A stretch of 36,633 nt of DNA from an uncultured Alphaproteobacteria bacterium (GTDB taxonomy: Bacteria; Pseudomonadota; Alphaproteobacteria; CBDVDY01). How positions within the stretch are numbered: the first letter of the stretch is position 1; each line of letters begins with the position of its first letter. Below the pieces are notes generated by a model. It was not told the DNA's origin, made no database searches, and saw only the letters and a list, made by a program, of their open reading frames with translations. Position numbers and translations under genes: made by a program. The DNA lies in NCBI GenBank assembly GCA_965372875.1, contig CBDVDY010000003.1:1-36633 (forward strand), read 5' to 3'. Shown here piece after piece: positions 18,453 through 26,695 of the stretch.

Positions 18453-19409
18453 TTAACGCGGACCGATCTCCCGTCCACTGTCCACCTCCCATATCTTGAT
18501 GACCTGATCGTACCCTCCGGAAAGGATACGGCGGCCGTCCGGCGTAAAGATCACGGACCAGACAGGGCGCTTGTGGCCGTGCATCGAGCGGATCTCCTCG
18601 CCCGTCGACAGATTCCACAGGCGCACGGTGCGGTCGCCGCCGCCGGAAACGGCGGTCTTGCCATCGGGCGAGATCGCGGCGGAGGTGACGAAACCCTCGT
18701 GTCCGGCGAGCGTCAGCAACTCCCGCCCGGTGGCGACGTCCCAAAGTTTGACGGTTTCGTCCGTGCTGGCGGACAGAACGCGTTTTCCGTCGGACGAAAA
18801 CGAAACCGAATTGACGCTGCGCTCGTGTCCAGACCAAACATCGATCCGCTTGCCCGTGGCCGGGTCCCAAAGCCGGATCGTCGCGTCGTAGCCGCCCGAG
18901 ATCAGCATGCGGCCATCGGGCGAAAACGCGACACTCATGATATTTGCCTTGTGGCCTTCGAGTGTATGCAAGAGCTTGCCGCTGCCGATGTCCCAGATCT
19001 TGATGGTCCGGTCCCAACTCGCGGACGCGGCGGTTTTGCCGTCGGGTGCGACCGCGATCGAGCTTATGCTGTTGACATGGCCTTCGTAGGTGCGAATGAC
19101 CTCGCCGCTCTCGAGATTCCAGAGAATGAGGGTACGGTCCCAACTCCCCGAAAGCGCCTCTTTGCCACCATTCACGAAAGCTACCGTATTGACGCTGGCG
19201 ACGTGCTCGTTGAGGGTTCGAATTTCGGACTGGCTGGCCAAATCCCACAGCTTGACGGTGTAGTCCCAACTCGCCGACAGCACCCGGTTTCCGTCCGGCG
19301 AGACGGCGACCGCGTTGACAATGGCGCCGTGCCCAGTCAGATCGGCGCCGACAGGCGTCACGAGCGTTCCGCAGACCACGGCGGCGGCCATCAGTTTCGG
19401 CAATTTCAT
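18453..19409 (-). CDS. Exported WD40-repeat protein (single 7-blade beta-propeller)
   Basis: Signal peptide MKLPKLMAAAVVCGTLVTPVGA-D, then exactly seven GH...S.S/G.D.T..LW(D/N/E) repeats. Confidence 0.92.
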   Translation of the reverse strand: MKLPKLMAAAVVCGTLVTPVGADLTGHGAIVNAVAVSPDGNRVLSASWDYTVKLWDLASQSEIRTLNEHVASVNTVAFVNGGKEALSGSWDRTLILWNLESGEVIRTYEGHVNSISSIAVAPDGKTAASASWDRTIKIWDIGSGKLLHTLEGHKANIMSVAFSPDGRMLISGGYDATIRLWDPATGKRIDVWSGHERSVNSVSFSSDGKRVLSASTDETVKLWDVATGRELLTLAGHEGFVTSAAISPDGKTAVSGGGDRTVRLWNLSTGEEIRSMHGHKRPVWSVIFTPDGRRILSGGYDQVIKIWEVDSGREIGPR

Positions 19410-19529
19410 GGAACGAATCCCGGCATAAGGCACACCATATTGGGAGCTGGCGCGGGATTTACAAAGAGTACGGCAGGCGCCACGCGGCCCGGCCGGCCCG
19501 CCGACGGCGGCATGTCGAAACCGGGCGGC

Positions 19530-19901
19530 TCAGCGCCATTGCACGCCACGGGGCGCGTCGGCCGGCTGGCGGTTGACGTCGCGGTCACCCCCATCGGACA
19601 GCTCATAGCCGCTGTTCTTGTGGCGAAAGACGCTCAACAGCTTTCCGCTGTCGGCGTCGACGACGAGCGTCGTGATCATGAGAGCGGCGTTGAAGTTACC
19701 GCCCCGGTTCATGACTTTCACGTAATAGACCGGCCGGCCGTCGAAGGTGCCGGACTCGATGAACTTGTCCAGCACGCGGACCGGATAGGCCTTTTCCAGT
19801 GCCCTCTTGACCTGAGGCTTGGTCATACGCGCCTCGGCCGGAATCACCGCCATGGCGGCCGCGAGCGAGACGCCGGCGGCAAGCAGCACGATCCTATTCA
19901 T
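19530..19901 (-). CDS. Exported PepSY-like small protein
   Basis: Signal peptide ending AEA; pattern QVKRALEKAYPVRVL...DGRPVYYVKV...LVVDADSGKLL resembles PepSY; GGAG RBS. Confidence 0.65.
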   Translation of the reverse strand: MNRIVLLAAGVSLAAAMAVIPAEARMTKPQVKRALEKAYPVRVLDKFIESGTFDGRPVYYVKVMNRGGNFNAALMITTLVVDADSGKLLSVFRHKNSGYELSDGGDRDVNRQPADAPRGVQWR

Positions 19902-19933
19902 TCGTCATTCTCCACCTGCCCGGCCGAACCCGT

Positions 19934-20989
19934 TCACGGGTTCGATGCGCCGCCTTTCTCAATTTCCTCGAACCATACGCTGTGATGTTCCTTGGCCCAG
20001 TTCTTGTCGACCTGCCCGCTGCCCATGGCATCGAAAGCGCCGACCATGCCCAACGAGCCGATATAGATATGGGCGATGATGATGGCGATCATGACCAACG
20101 CGGCCACGGCGTGAATGACTTGCGCGTTCTGCATTCCGAATATGTCGGTGAAGGTGAAGGGGAATAGAAGCGAGACGCCGGTGACACTGATCACCACGCC
20201 ACCGATCACCACGGTCCAAAAGATGAACTTCTGGCCGAAGTTGAACTTCCGCGCCGGCGGGTGCACGCCCTTGACGAACAGACCGCCCGCTTTCAGCACC
20301 CAATTCAGATCGTATTTGTCGACGATGTTGTCCTTGATCCACAGCACGAACGTCAACACCACGCCGAGCATGAAGGGAAACGCCAGATAGTTGTGCAAGA
20401 GCTTGCCGACGGCGGCGAGCGCCGCGAACCCGTCCTTGCCGATGACCGGAATCAGGACGAACTTTCCGTACATGATGCCGAGGCCGCTGAGCGCCAGGAT
20501 TACGAAAGTGGCTGCGGTTAGCCAGTGCGTGAACCGCTCGATATCATTGAAGCGCTCGACCGTCTCGCCGGATAAGCCGTGCTCGACCGGGATGCGGCGG
20601 CGATAGGCGAAGAACAGCACCAATATCACCAGGACCGCCGCCAACATCCAGCCGCCGTAATTCTTCAGCGGCCCGTTGTTGATGTTGCGCCAGGTCTCGC
20701 CCTCGGACTGGACCATCAGACCGGCCTTCTTGTCGGGAATCGACACGTTGCCCCGAAGGCCCCGGCGAATACGGCGCCAGCTGTCCGAGTCGCTGGGTTG
20801 GCGCTGGATGATCACGGGCAGCCCAGCCGCGGCGTTGTCCGGGGGCCGCACGCTCGACCCACCGCTTTGAGCCGAGGCCGGATTGTCAAAGGTGAGAGAA
20901 CCCACAAGACCGGCGGCGCCGGCAAACAAGATCAGCATGGCCAGCGACATCACGGCCGCCGCCCTGCGCAGGATTGACAGCATCTTCAT
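19934..20989 (-). CDS. fdhC: Formate dehydrogenase gamma subunit (cytochrome b) with N-terminal periplasmic extension
   Basis: ERFNDIERFTHW, LLHNYLAFPF, KFNFGQKFIFW, IIAHIYIG, WAKEHH; four heme-ligating His candidates. Confidence 0.93.
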   Translation of the reverse strand: MKMLSILRRAAAVMSLAMLILFAGAAGLVGSLTFDNPASAQSGGSSVRPPDNAAAGLPVIIQRQPSDSDSWRRIRRGLRGNVSIPDKKAGLMVQSEGETWRNINNGPLKNYGGWMLAAVLVILVLFFAYRRRIPVEHGLSGETVERFNDIERFTHWLTAATFVILALSGLGIMYGKFVLIPVIGKDGFAALAAVGKLLHNYLAFPFMLGVVLTFVLWIKDNIVDKYDLNWVLKAGGLFVKGVHPPARKFNFGQKFIFWTVVIGGVVISVTGVSLLFPFTFTDIFGMQNAQVIHAVAALVMIAIIIAHIYIGSLGMVGAFDAMGSGQVDKNWAKEHHSVWFEEIEKGGASNP

Positions 20990-21001
20990 CGAGCGTGTCT
21001 C

Positions 21002-21196
21002 CTATTGTCCCATTTTGTCGGCCCGCGCCCGGAGATTCCTGCGGACCTCTTCGCTAAGCGCGGTGTCCATCACCCCGCCATAGGTGCCCTTCTCGAAACG
21101 AAGTGGACGGCCCTGCTCTTCTTGCCTACAGGCGGAGAGCGCCATACCGCAAAAGATGATTGCGGCGAGAGATATTAACAATTTGTTAACCTGCAT
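21002..21196 (-). CDS. Small lipoprotein within the fdh operon (64 aa)
   Basis: MQVNKLLISLAAIIFCGMALSA-CRQEEQGRPLRFEKGTYGG...; lipobox LSAC; ATG 21196 with GGGA RBS; lies between fdhB and fdhC. Confidence 0.75.
   Translation of the reverse strand: MQVNKLLISLAAIIFCGMALSACRQEEQGRPLRFEKGTYGGVMDTALSEEVRRNLRARADKMGQ
21175..21190. promoter_or_regulatory. Perfect CtrA consensus box TTAA-N7-TTAAC
   Basis: TTAACAATTTGTTAAC, itself palindromic (TTAACAA-T-TTGTTAA), within the first codons of the small lipoprotein gene. Confidence 0.5.
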
Positions 21197-21362
21197 CGGT
21201 CCCGTCCCCGCATGGGTTTCTGGTGGGTATGGATTAATCATCGGGAAGGCGGATCGCCCATCCGAACACCGGGCGAACGCCGGCATAACCCGAATGTAGG
21301 CAAACGAGGGCGGCAGCGCCAGCCGCCACCCCCGAATATTTGCCCTTACGCGCCCCGAAGCG

Positions 21363-21959
21363 TCAGGAGCCCGCCTTCATCTGATAGGCGGTTCCCCAAC
21401 CCCAGGCGCCCGAACCGAAGCCGCGGGCAACGACACGCTCCCGATAAATATCGGAAACCTTGTCGCTGTCGCCGCCAAGCAACGCCTTGGTCGAGCAGAA
21501 CTCGGCGCAAAGCGGCAGCTTGCCTTCGGCCAAACGGTTGCGGCCGTACTTCTGGAACTCGGCCGACGAATGGTCCTCTTCCGGACCACCGGCGCAGAAA
21601 GTGCATTTGTCCATCTTGCCGCGACTGCCGAAATTGCCCACCTGCGGGTACTGAGGCGCCCCGAAGGGACAGGCAAAGAAGCAGTAGCCACAACCGATGC
21701 ACAAATCCTTGGAATGCAGCACCACGCCGTCGTCGGTCTGGTAGAAGCAATCCACCGGACAGACCGCCAGGCAGGGCGGGTCGGAACAGTGCATACAGGC
21801 CACGGAGATCGACCGTTCACCCGGCTTGCCGTCATTGATCGTGACGACACGCCGGCGGTTGATGCCCCACGGCACTTCGTGCTCATTTTTACATGCGGTT
21901 ACGCAAGCGTTGCATTCGATGCAACGCTCGGCGTCAACCAGGAACTTCATGCGTGCCAT
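21363..21959 (-). CDS. fdhB: Formate dehydrogenase iron-sulfur (beta) subunit
   Basis: DmsB-type 4x[4Fe-4S] motifs CIECNACVTAC, CMHCSDPPCLAVCP, CIGCGYCFFACP, KCTFC...LPLCAEFC. Confidence 0.95.
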   Translation of the reverse strand: MARMKFLVDAERCIECNACVTACKNEHEVPWGINRRRVVTINDGKPGERSISVACMHCSDPPCLAVCPVDCFYQTDDGVVLHSKDLCIGCGYCFFACPFGAPQYPQVGNFGSRGKMDKCTFCAGGPEEDHSSAEFQKYGRNRLAEGKLPLCAEFCSTKALLGGDSDKVSDIYRERVVARGFGSGAWGWGTAYQMKAGS

Positions 21960-21971
21960 TTATCGACCTCC

Positions 21972-24863
21972 CTAAGCTTTCTCGATACGGCACAGGGACA
22001 CTTTCGTCTCCTGCATCTGGGTGACCGAGTCGTAGCCATAGGTGAGAGCGGTATTCGCCGCCTCGCCCAAGACATACGGATCGGCTCCCGGCGGGTATTT
22101 AGCCCGCTGGTCCTCGCCCATCCAGACGCCGCCGAAGTGGAACGGCATGAAGGCGACGCCACGGCCGACGCGCTTTGTGACCATGGCCTTGACCTTCAGC
22201 CGCGCTTTGTTTTCCGGTCCGTGCAGCCAGACGGTGTCGCCGTCCCTGATGCCGGCGTTGTTGGCATCGAACGGATTCATCTCGACAAACATCTCCTGCT
22301 GCAGTTCCGCCAACCATGGGTTGGACCGCGACTCGCCGCCGCCGCCCTCGAACTCCACCAAGCGCCCCGAGGTGAGAATCGTCGGGAACTCCTTGGAGAC
22401 ATCCTTCTTCTGGATGCTCTCGTAGAGCGTGGGCAGACGGTAGTTCCGCGTATCCTTGTAGGTCGGATAATCCTTCACGAGATCCCGCCGTGGCGTGTAC
22501 AGCGGCTCGCGATGGATCGGAACCGGATCCGGGAACGTCCAAACGACCGCGCGCGCCTTGGCGTTGCCGAACGGCGCGCAACCATGCTTGATGGCGACCC
22601 GCTGGATACCGCCCGAAAGGTCGGTCTTCCAGTTGGTCTTGTCGCCGGCAACGGCCTCGATCGCCGCACGCTCCTTGGCCGTGAGATCCTTATCCCAGCC
22701 AAGCGCCTTGAGGCGGGCCATATTGAACTCCGGATAGCCGTCCTTGATCTCCGAACCGACGGGATAGGAGCCCTCGGCCAGAAGATTGACACCCTTGCGT
22801 TCGACGCCGAAACGGGCCCTGAAGCACAGGCCGCCCTCGGCCACCGGCTTGGAGGTGTCGTAAAGGTTCGGCGTGCCCGGATGGCCCTTCTTGCCGCCAG
22901 GCAGTGCCATGTCGTGGGTACCCCAGCAAGGCCACGGCAAACCGTAGTACTCGCCGTCGACAGGGCCGCCGTTCGCTTGCAGCGTGACCTTGTCGAAGGT
23001 CATCTGGTTCGCCATATGGGCGCGCAGCCGTTCCGGCGACTGGCCGGTATAGCCGATCGTCCACATGCCCCTGTTGAACTCGCGGGTAATGTCCTCGATC
23101 AGAGGCTCGTTACCGTTCACCTTGATGTGCTTGAACATCTCCTTGGCGAAGCCAAGCTTCTTGGCGAAGCGGTACATGATCTCGTGATCGACCTTGGACT
23201 CCCACACCGGATCGATGACCTTGTCGCGCCACTGCAACGAACGGTTCGAAGCCGTGACCGAGCCGTATGTCTCGAACTGGGTGGCCGCCGGCAGCACATA
23301 GACGCCGTCCTTGCGGTCGTGCATCACCGCCGCCATGGTCGGATACGGGTCGATGATGACGAGAAGATCGAGCTTCTCCATCGCCTTCTTCATATCCGGC
23401 AGGCGGCTCTGCGAGTTCGGAGCGTGACCCCAGAACACCATGGCCTTCAAGTTGTCGGGCTGGTCGATGTTCTTCTTGTCCTCGAGGACGAGATCGAACC
23501 AGCGCGACACCGGCACGCCCTTGCTCTCCATCAGCTTCTTGGAGGCAAACCGGGCCTTGATCCAATCGTAGTCGGTGTCCCACACGCGCGCCCAGTGCTT
23601 CCACGAGCCGGTCTTGAGCCCGTAGTAGCCCGGAAGCGAATGCGACAGGATGCAGAAATCGGTCGCGCCCTGGACGTTGTCGTGGCCCCTGAAGATGTTG
23701 GTACCGCCGCCGCTGACGCCCATGTTGCCGAGCGCCAACTGCAGGATGCAGTAGCTCCGCGTATTGTTGTTGCCGGTTGTGTGCTGCGTGCCGCCCATGC
23801 ACCAGACGACGGTGCCGGGACGGTTGTTGGCAAGCGTGCGGGCGACTCGGCGCAACTGCGAGCCGGGTACCCCGGTCACGCGCTCGGCCTCCTTCGGGTT
23901 CCACTTGGCCACTTCGGTCTTTATCTGGTCCATGCCGTAGACGCGCTGGCGGATGAACTCCTTGTCCTCCCAGCCGTTCTCGAACACGTGCCACAGAATG
24001 CCCCAGATCAACGCCACGTCGGTGCCGGGACGGAAGCGCACATATTCGTCGGCGTGCGCGGCCGTACGGGTGAACCGTGGGTCGCAGACGATCAGCGGAG
24101 CGTTGTTCTGCTCCTTCGCCTTGAGGATGTGCTGCACCGCGACCGGATGTGCCTCGGCCGGATTGCTGCCGATGAGGAACATCGCGCGCGATTTCTGGAT
24201 GTCGTTGAAGCTGTTGGTCATCGCGCCATAGCCCCAGGTGTTCGCGACACCCGCGACCGTGGTCGAATGACAGATCCGCGCCTGGTGGTCGCCGTTGTTG
24301 CTTCCCCAGTAGGCGTAGAACTTGCGGAACAGATACGACTGCTCGTTGCTGAACTTCGCGGACCCGAGCCAATACACCGAATCGGGGCCCGAGCTCTTGC
24401 GAATCGCGAGCATCTTGTCGCCGATCTCGTTGATCGCCTGGTCCCAGCCGATCTTCTGCCACTTGCCGCCGGACAGCTTCATCGGATAGCGCAGGCGGCG
24501 CTCGCCGTGCGCGTGCTCGCGCACCGCCGCGCCCTTGGCGCAATGGGCGCCGAGATTGAAGGGACTGTCGAAACCGGGCTCCTGCCCGATCCATTTGCCG
24601 TTCTGAACCTCGGCAACAACCGCGCAACCGACGGAACAATGCGTACAGACGGAGAGTATCTTCTTTAATTCTCCCCCTGCCGCCGCGGCCTCGGCCTTCT
24701 TCACCATACCCAACGGCAGAGTCGACGCCGCGGCAATGCCGCCGGCCGTCAGCCCGGACCGTTTCAGGAAGGTACGGCGGTCAATCGCGCTACCGGTCAA
24801 ACCAGCCAGCGCTTTTGACAAACGGGGGCCGTTCGCCACCCCATTCGTCTTTTTAGTAAGCAT
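21972..24863 (-). CDS. fdhA: Formate dehydrogenase alpha subunit, Tat-exported, Mo/W-bisPGD, Cys-ligated
   Basis: Tat motif DRRTFLK; CTHCSVGC...HCAKG Fe-S site; DHQARICHSTT active site (Cys, not Sec); RGHDNVQG; C-terminal molybdopterin dinucleotide domain. Confidence 0.96.
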   Translation of the reverse strand: MLTKKTNGVANGPRLSKALAGLTGSAIDRRTFLKRSGLTAGGIAAASTLPLGMVKKAEAAAAGGELKKILSVCTHCSVGCAVVAEVQNGKWIGQEPGFDSPFNLGAHCAKGAAVREHAHGERRLRYPMKLSGGKWQKIGWDQAINEIGDKMLAIRKSSGPDSVYWLGSAKFSNEQSYLFRKFYAYWGSNNGDHQARICHSTTVAGVANTWGYGAMTNSFNDIQKSRAMFLIGSNPAEAHPVAVQHILKAKEQNNAPLIVCDPRFTRTAAHADEYVRFRPGTDVALIWGILWHVFENGWEDKEFIRQRVYGMDQIKTEVAKWNPKEAERVTGVPGSQLRRVARTLANNRPGTVVWCMGGTQHTTGNNNTRSYCILQLALGNMGVSGGGTNIFRGHDNVQGATDFCILSHSLPGYYGLKTGSWKHWARVWDTDYDWIKARFASKKLMESKGVPVSRWFDLVLEDKKNIDQPDNLKAMVFWGHAPNSQSRLPDMKKAMEKLDLLVIIDPYPTMAAVMHDRKDGVYVLPAATQFETYGSVTASNRSLQWRDKVIDPVWESKVDHEIMYRFAKKLGFAKEMFKHIKVNGNEPLIEDITREFNRGMWTIGYTGQSPERLRAHMANQMTFDKVTLQANGGPVDGEYYGLPWPCWGTHDMALPGGKKGHPGTPNLYDTSKPVAEGGLCFRARFGVERKGVNLLAEGSYPVGSEIKDGYPEFNMARLKALGWDKDLTAKERAAIEAVAGDKTNWKTDLSGGIQRVAIKHGCAPFGNAKARAVVWTFPDPVPIHREPLYTPRRDLVKDYPTYKDTRNYRLPTLYESIQKKDVSKEFPTILTSGRLVEFEGGGGESRSNPWLAELQQEMFVEMNPFDANNAGIRDGDTVWLHGPENKARLKVKAMVTKRVGRGVAFMPFHFGGVWMGEDQRAKYPPGADPYVLGEAANTALTYGYDSVTQMQETKVSLCRIEKA

Positions 24864-24890
24864 CGACCTCTCCTGACATCCTAGTTTTCA

Positions 24891-25091
24891 CTACTTGGAC
24901 AACTCGTAAACCTGCTTCACGTGGTCGGTCTCTCGATAGCCGGCGTCACGACGACGACCGGTCTTGACCTCGACCGCGGCATTGGCCGCGCCAGAAGTCA
25001 CGCCAGCCACCGCGGCAGCGCCGGCACCGATACCCGCCAGCCGGAAGAACTCCCGGCGAGTTGCGGTACCTGTTTGCTTCTTTTCACTCAT
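24891..25091 (-). CDS. Formate dehydrogenase-region small Tat-signal protein
   Basis: TRREFFRLAG twin-arginine motif and C-terminal GYRETDHVKQVY, typical of the small Tat peptide preceding fdhA. Confidence 0.85.
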   Translation of the reverse strand: MSEKKQTGTATRREFFRLAGIGAGAAAVAGVTSGAANAAVEVKTGRRRDAGYRETDHVKQVYELSK

Positions 25092-25159
25092 TAGCTCACC
25101 CTTTCATTGGCGAACGCACGTGACGGGATCGCACCTAGTGGGGCCCGCCTCCCCCGACG

Positions 25160-25780
25160 CTAGGCCGTCATCCGAAACCCTTCGGCCTCGATCTCCATGA
25201 ACAATTTGCCGATGGTGCCCACCGGCATGTAGAAGGCCGCCGATTTCGCCGCCTCCAGATCCTCGAAAAACCTTGGCGCCCAGTTGCCGATATGGGCGTC
25301 GAAGAACTCGCGCTGAACCCTCAAATCGTCGGAGAGTCCGGCATGCGGGCCCAGATCGCCGGTGATCATGCCGGCCATCATCTCGCACAGCGCCGCGATG
25401 TGGTCCTCGGGCTCGGACACATGGTCGGCGCGGGCAATGCCCAGCTTGCGCATGTCGTCCGCCAGCTTGGCCGCGGGCCACTCGTTGAGAAATCCGGTGA
25501 TATAATAAGATCCGTAAGGCAGCAGTTCGCTGCGCCCCACGCCGATGAAAAGCTCGAAAAATTCGTCGCTAGCGGCCTCGACCGTAAGCTTGCGCGCCGC
25601 CGCCGAAAGCGTACCCAGGGCCTGGCCGAATGGCGTCTCATCGGCCTCGAGCCCGCGGACGATTTCCATGAGATCGGCTGTCGGCGGCTCGGCGAACAGC
25701 CGCGCCAGCAAATGATAGGTATGCGCCCTTAGGGCATCCTCCTCGGTGACGCCCATGCGCCTGGTTGCTTCTGCTTGCAA
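25160..25780 (-). CDS. TorD/DmsD-family redox enzyme maturation chaperone
   Basis: LFIGVGRSELLPYGSYY, SEPEDHIAALCEMM, FFDAHIGNWAPRFF; start is TTG 25780 (G-rich RBS) or ATG 25756. Confidence 0.9.
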   Translation of the reverse strand: MQAEATRRMGVTEEDALRAHTYHLLARLFAEPPTADLMEIVRGLEADETPFGQALGTLSAAARKLTVEAASDEFFELFIGVGRSELLPYGSYYITGFLNEWPAAKLADDMRKLGIARADHVSEPEDHIAALCEMMAGMITGDLGPHAGLSDDLRVQREFFDAHIGNWAPRFFEDLEAAKSAAFYMPVGTIGKLFMEIEAEGFRMTA

Positions 25781-26047
25781 CGCGCCCCCCAACTGACCGC
25801 AACGCCGCCACTCTATGACCGGTGGCTTTGTACAGTCAGGTCAGCCCGATCAGGCCCTTGCGAAAGCCGCAAAAAACCTACGGAAATACCTGTTTACCAT
25901 ACAATTTCGATTACACGCCCAATTGCCCACAGAGTCAACACGCGTCGCCCTGAGTCGCGCCGGTTTCAAATCGTTTGCAGTCTATTTACAGGGAAACCAT
26001 GAGATTTCGCGCATTTCAACTTTACGCGAGCGTAAAAATTTCGCTTG

Positions 26048-26695
26048 TCAGGCGATCTCGCCGTCGGCGTCATCGACTTCGTCGTCGATCGTGTCGGCGT
26101 CGTCCGCGCCGCCGCCCGGCTCGTCATCCACATCTTTCTCGGCGGTCTTATCTTCTTCGGATTCCGTCTCCTCGGTTTTCGTCTCTTCGGTTTCTTTCTC
26201 TTCGGTTTCTTTCTCTTCGGCGGCGGCATCGGCGTCACCTGCATCCGTAGGCTCCGCCGACGCGGTCTCCTCCTCTGGATCCCGCATGCCCTCGCCTGGC
26301 TTGAACAGGGTCGACACCTTTTGGGCGACAATGCCGATCATCGAATAATCCTCGTCGTAATCGTCGAGACCGTCCGGGATGATCGGCGTCAGGCGCCACA
26401 GCTTGCGCAGCGCCAGGCGCCGCAATTCCTCGGGCACGCCTTCCCGCATGAACTGGCTGAAATCCGATTCGCTGGTGAGGCTGTCGATGGTTGGCAGATC
26501 GGGCGGCGGCGGATCGGGCGATGGAGCCTGTTGCGCCGGCGCCGCGATGTCTCCGGCGGCCGGTGTCAGCGCCGCGACCTCGGCGGCGTCCCCGTCGCCA
26601 TCCCGATCGGCCTCGCGAGCGGGCTCGTCCGCGACGCGGACCTCCTGCTTGCGCCGCGACCAGCGCGCCGCGAATCCTTCGCCGCGCTCAGACAT
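26048..26695 (-). CDS. DUF3306-family protein
   Basis: FAARWSRRK, LPTIDSLTSESDFSQFMREGVPEELRRLALRKLW, DGLDDYDEDY; ATG 26695 overlaps the DUF3305 stop; very acidic tail. Confidence 0.85.
   Translation of the reverse strand: MSERGEGFAARWSRRKQEVRVADEPAREADRDGDGDAAEVAALTPAAGDIAAPAQQAPSPDPPPPDLPTIDSLTSESDFSQFMREGVPEELRRLALRKLWRLTPIIPDGLDDYDEDYSMIGIVAQKVSTLFKPGEGMRDPEEETASAEPTDAGDADAAAEEKETEEKETEETKTEETESEEDKTAEKDVDDEPGGGADDADTIDDEVDDADGEIA
26167..26220. repeat. 15-bp in-frame tandem repeat (EEKET units)
   Basis: TCTCTTCGGTTTCTT x2.6 perfect (26182-26220) plus one degenerate copy (26167-26181). Confidence 0.85.

Noticed and set aside
18453-19409. WD40 and ankyrin proteins as NLR-like defence or host-effector proteins
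   Set aside because: Both have Sec-type signal peptides, no NTPase/TIR/caspase partner is nearby, and the repeats are diverged rather than near-identical.
21570-24668. 1032-aa ORF on the + strand, and other long antisense ORFs such as 34334-36523, 18423-19985 and 26379-28046
   Set aside because: Shadow ORFs opposite well-supported genes; expected from high-GC codon bias; no recognisable motifs.
21972-24863. Selenocysteine recoding in fdhA
   Set aside because: No in-frame TGA; the active-site codon is TGT (Cys).
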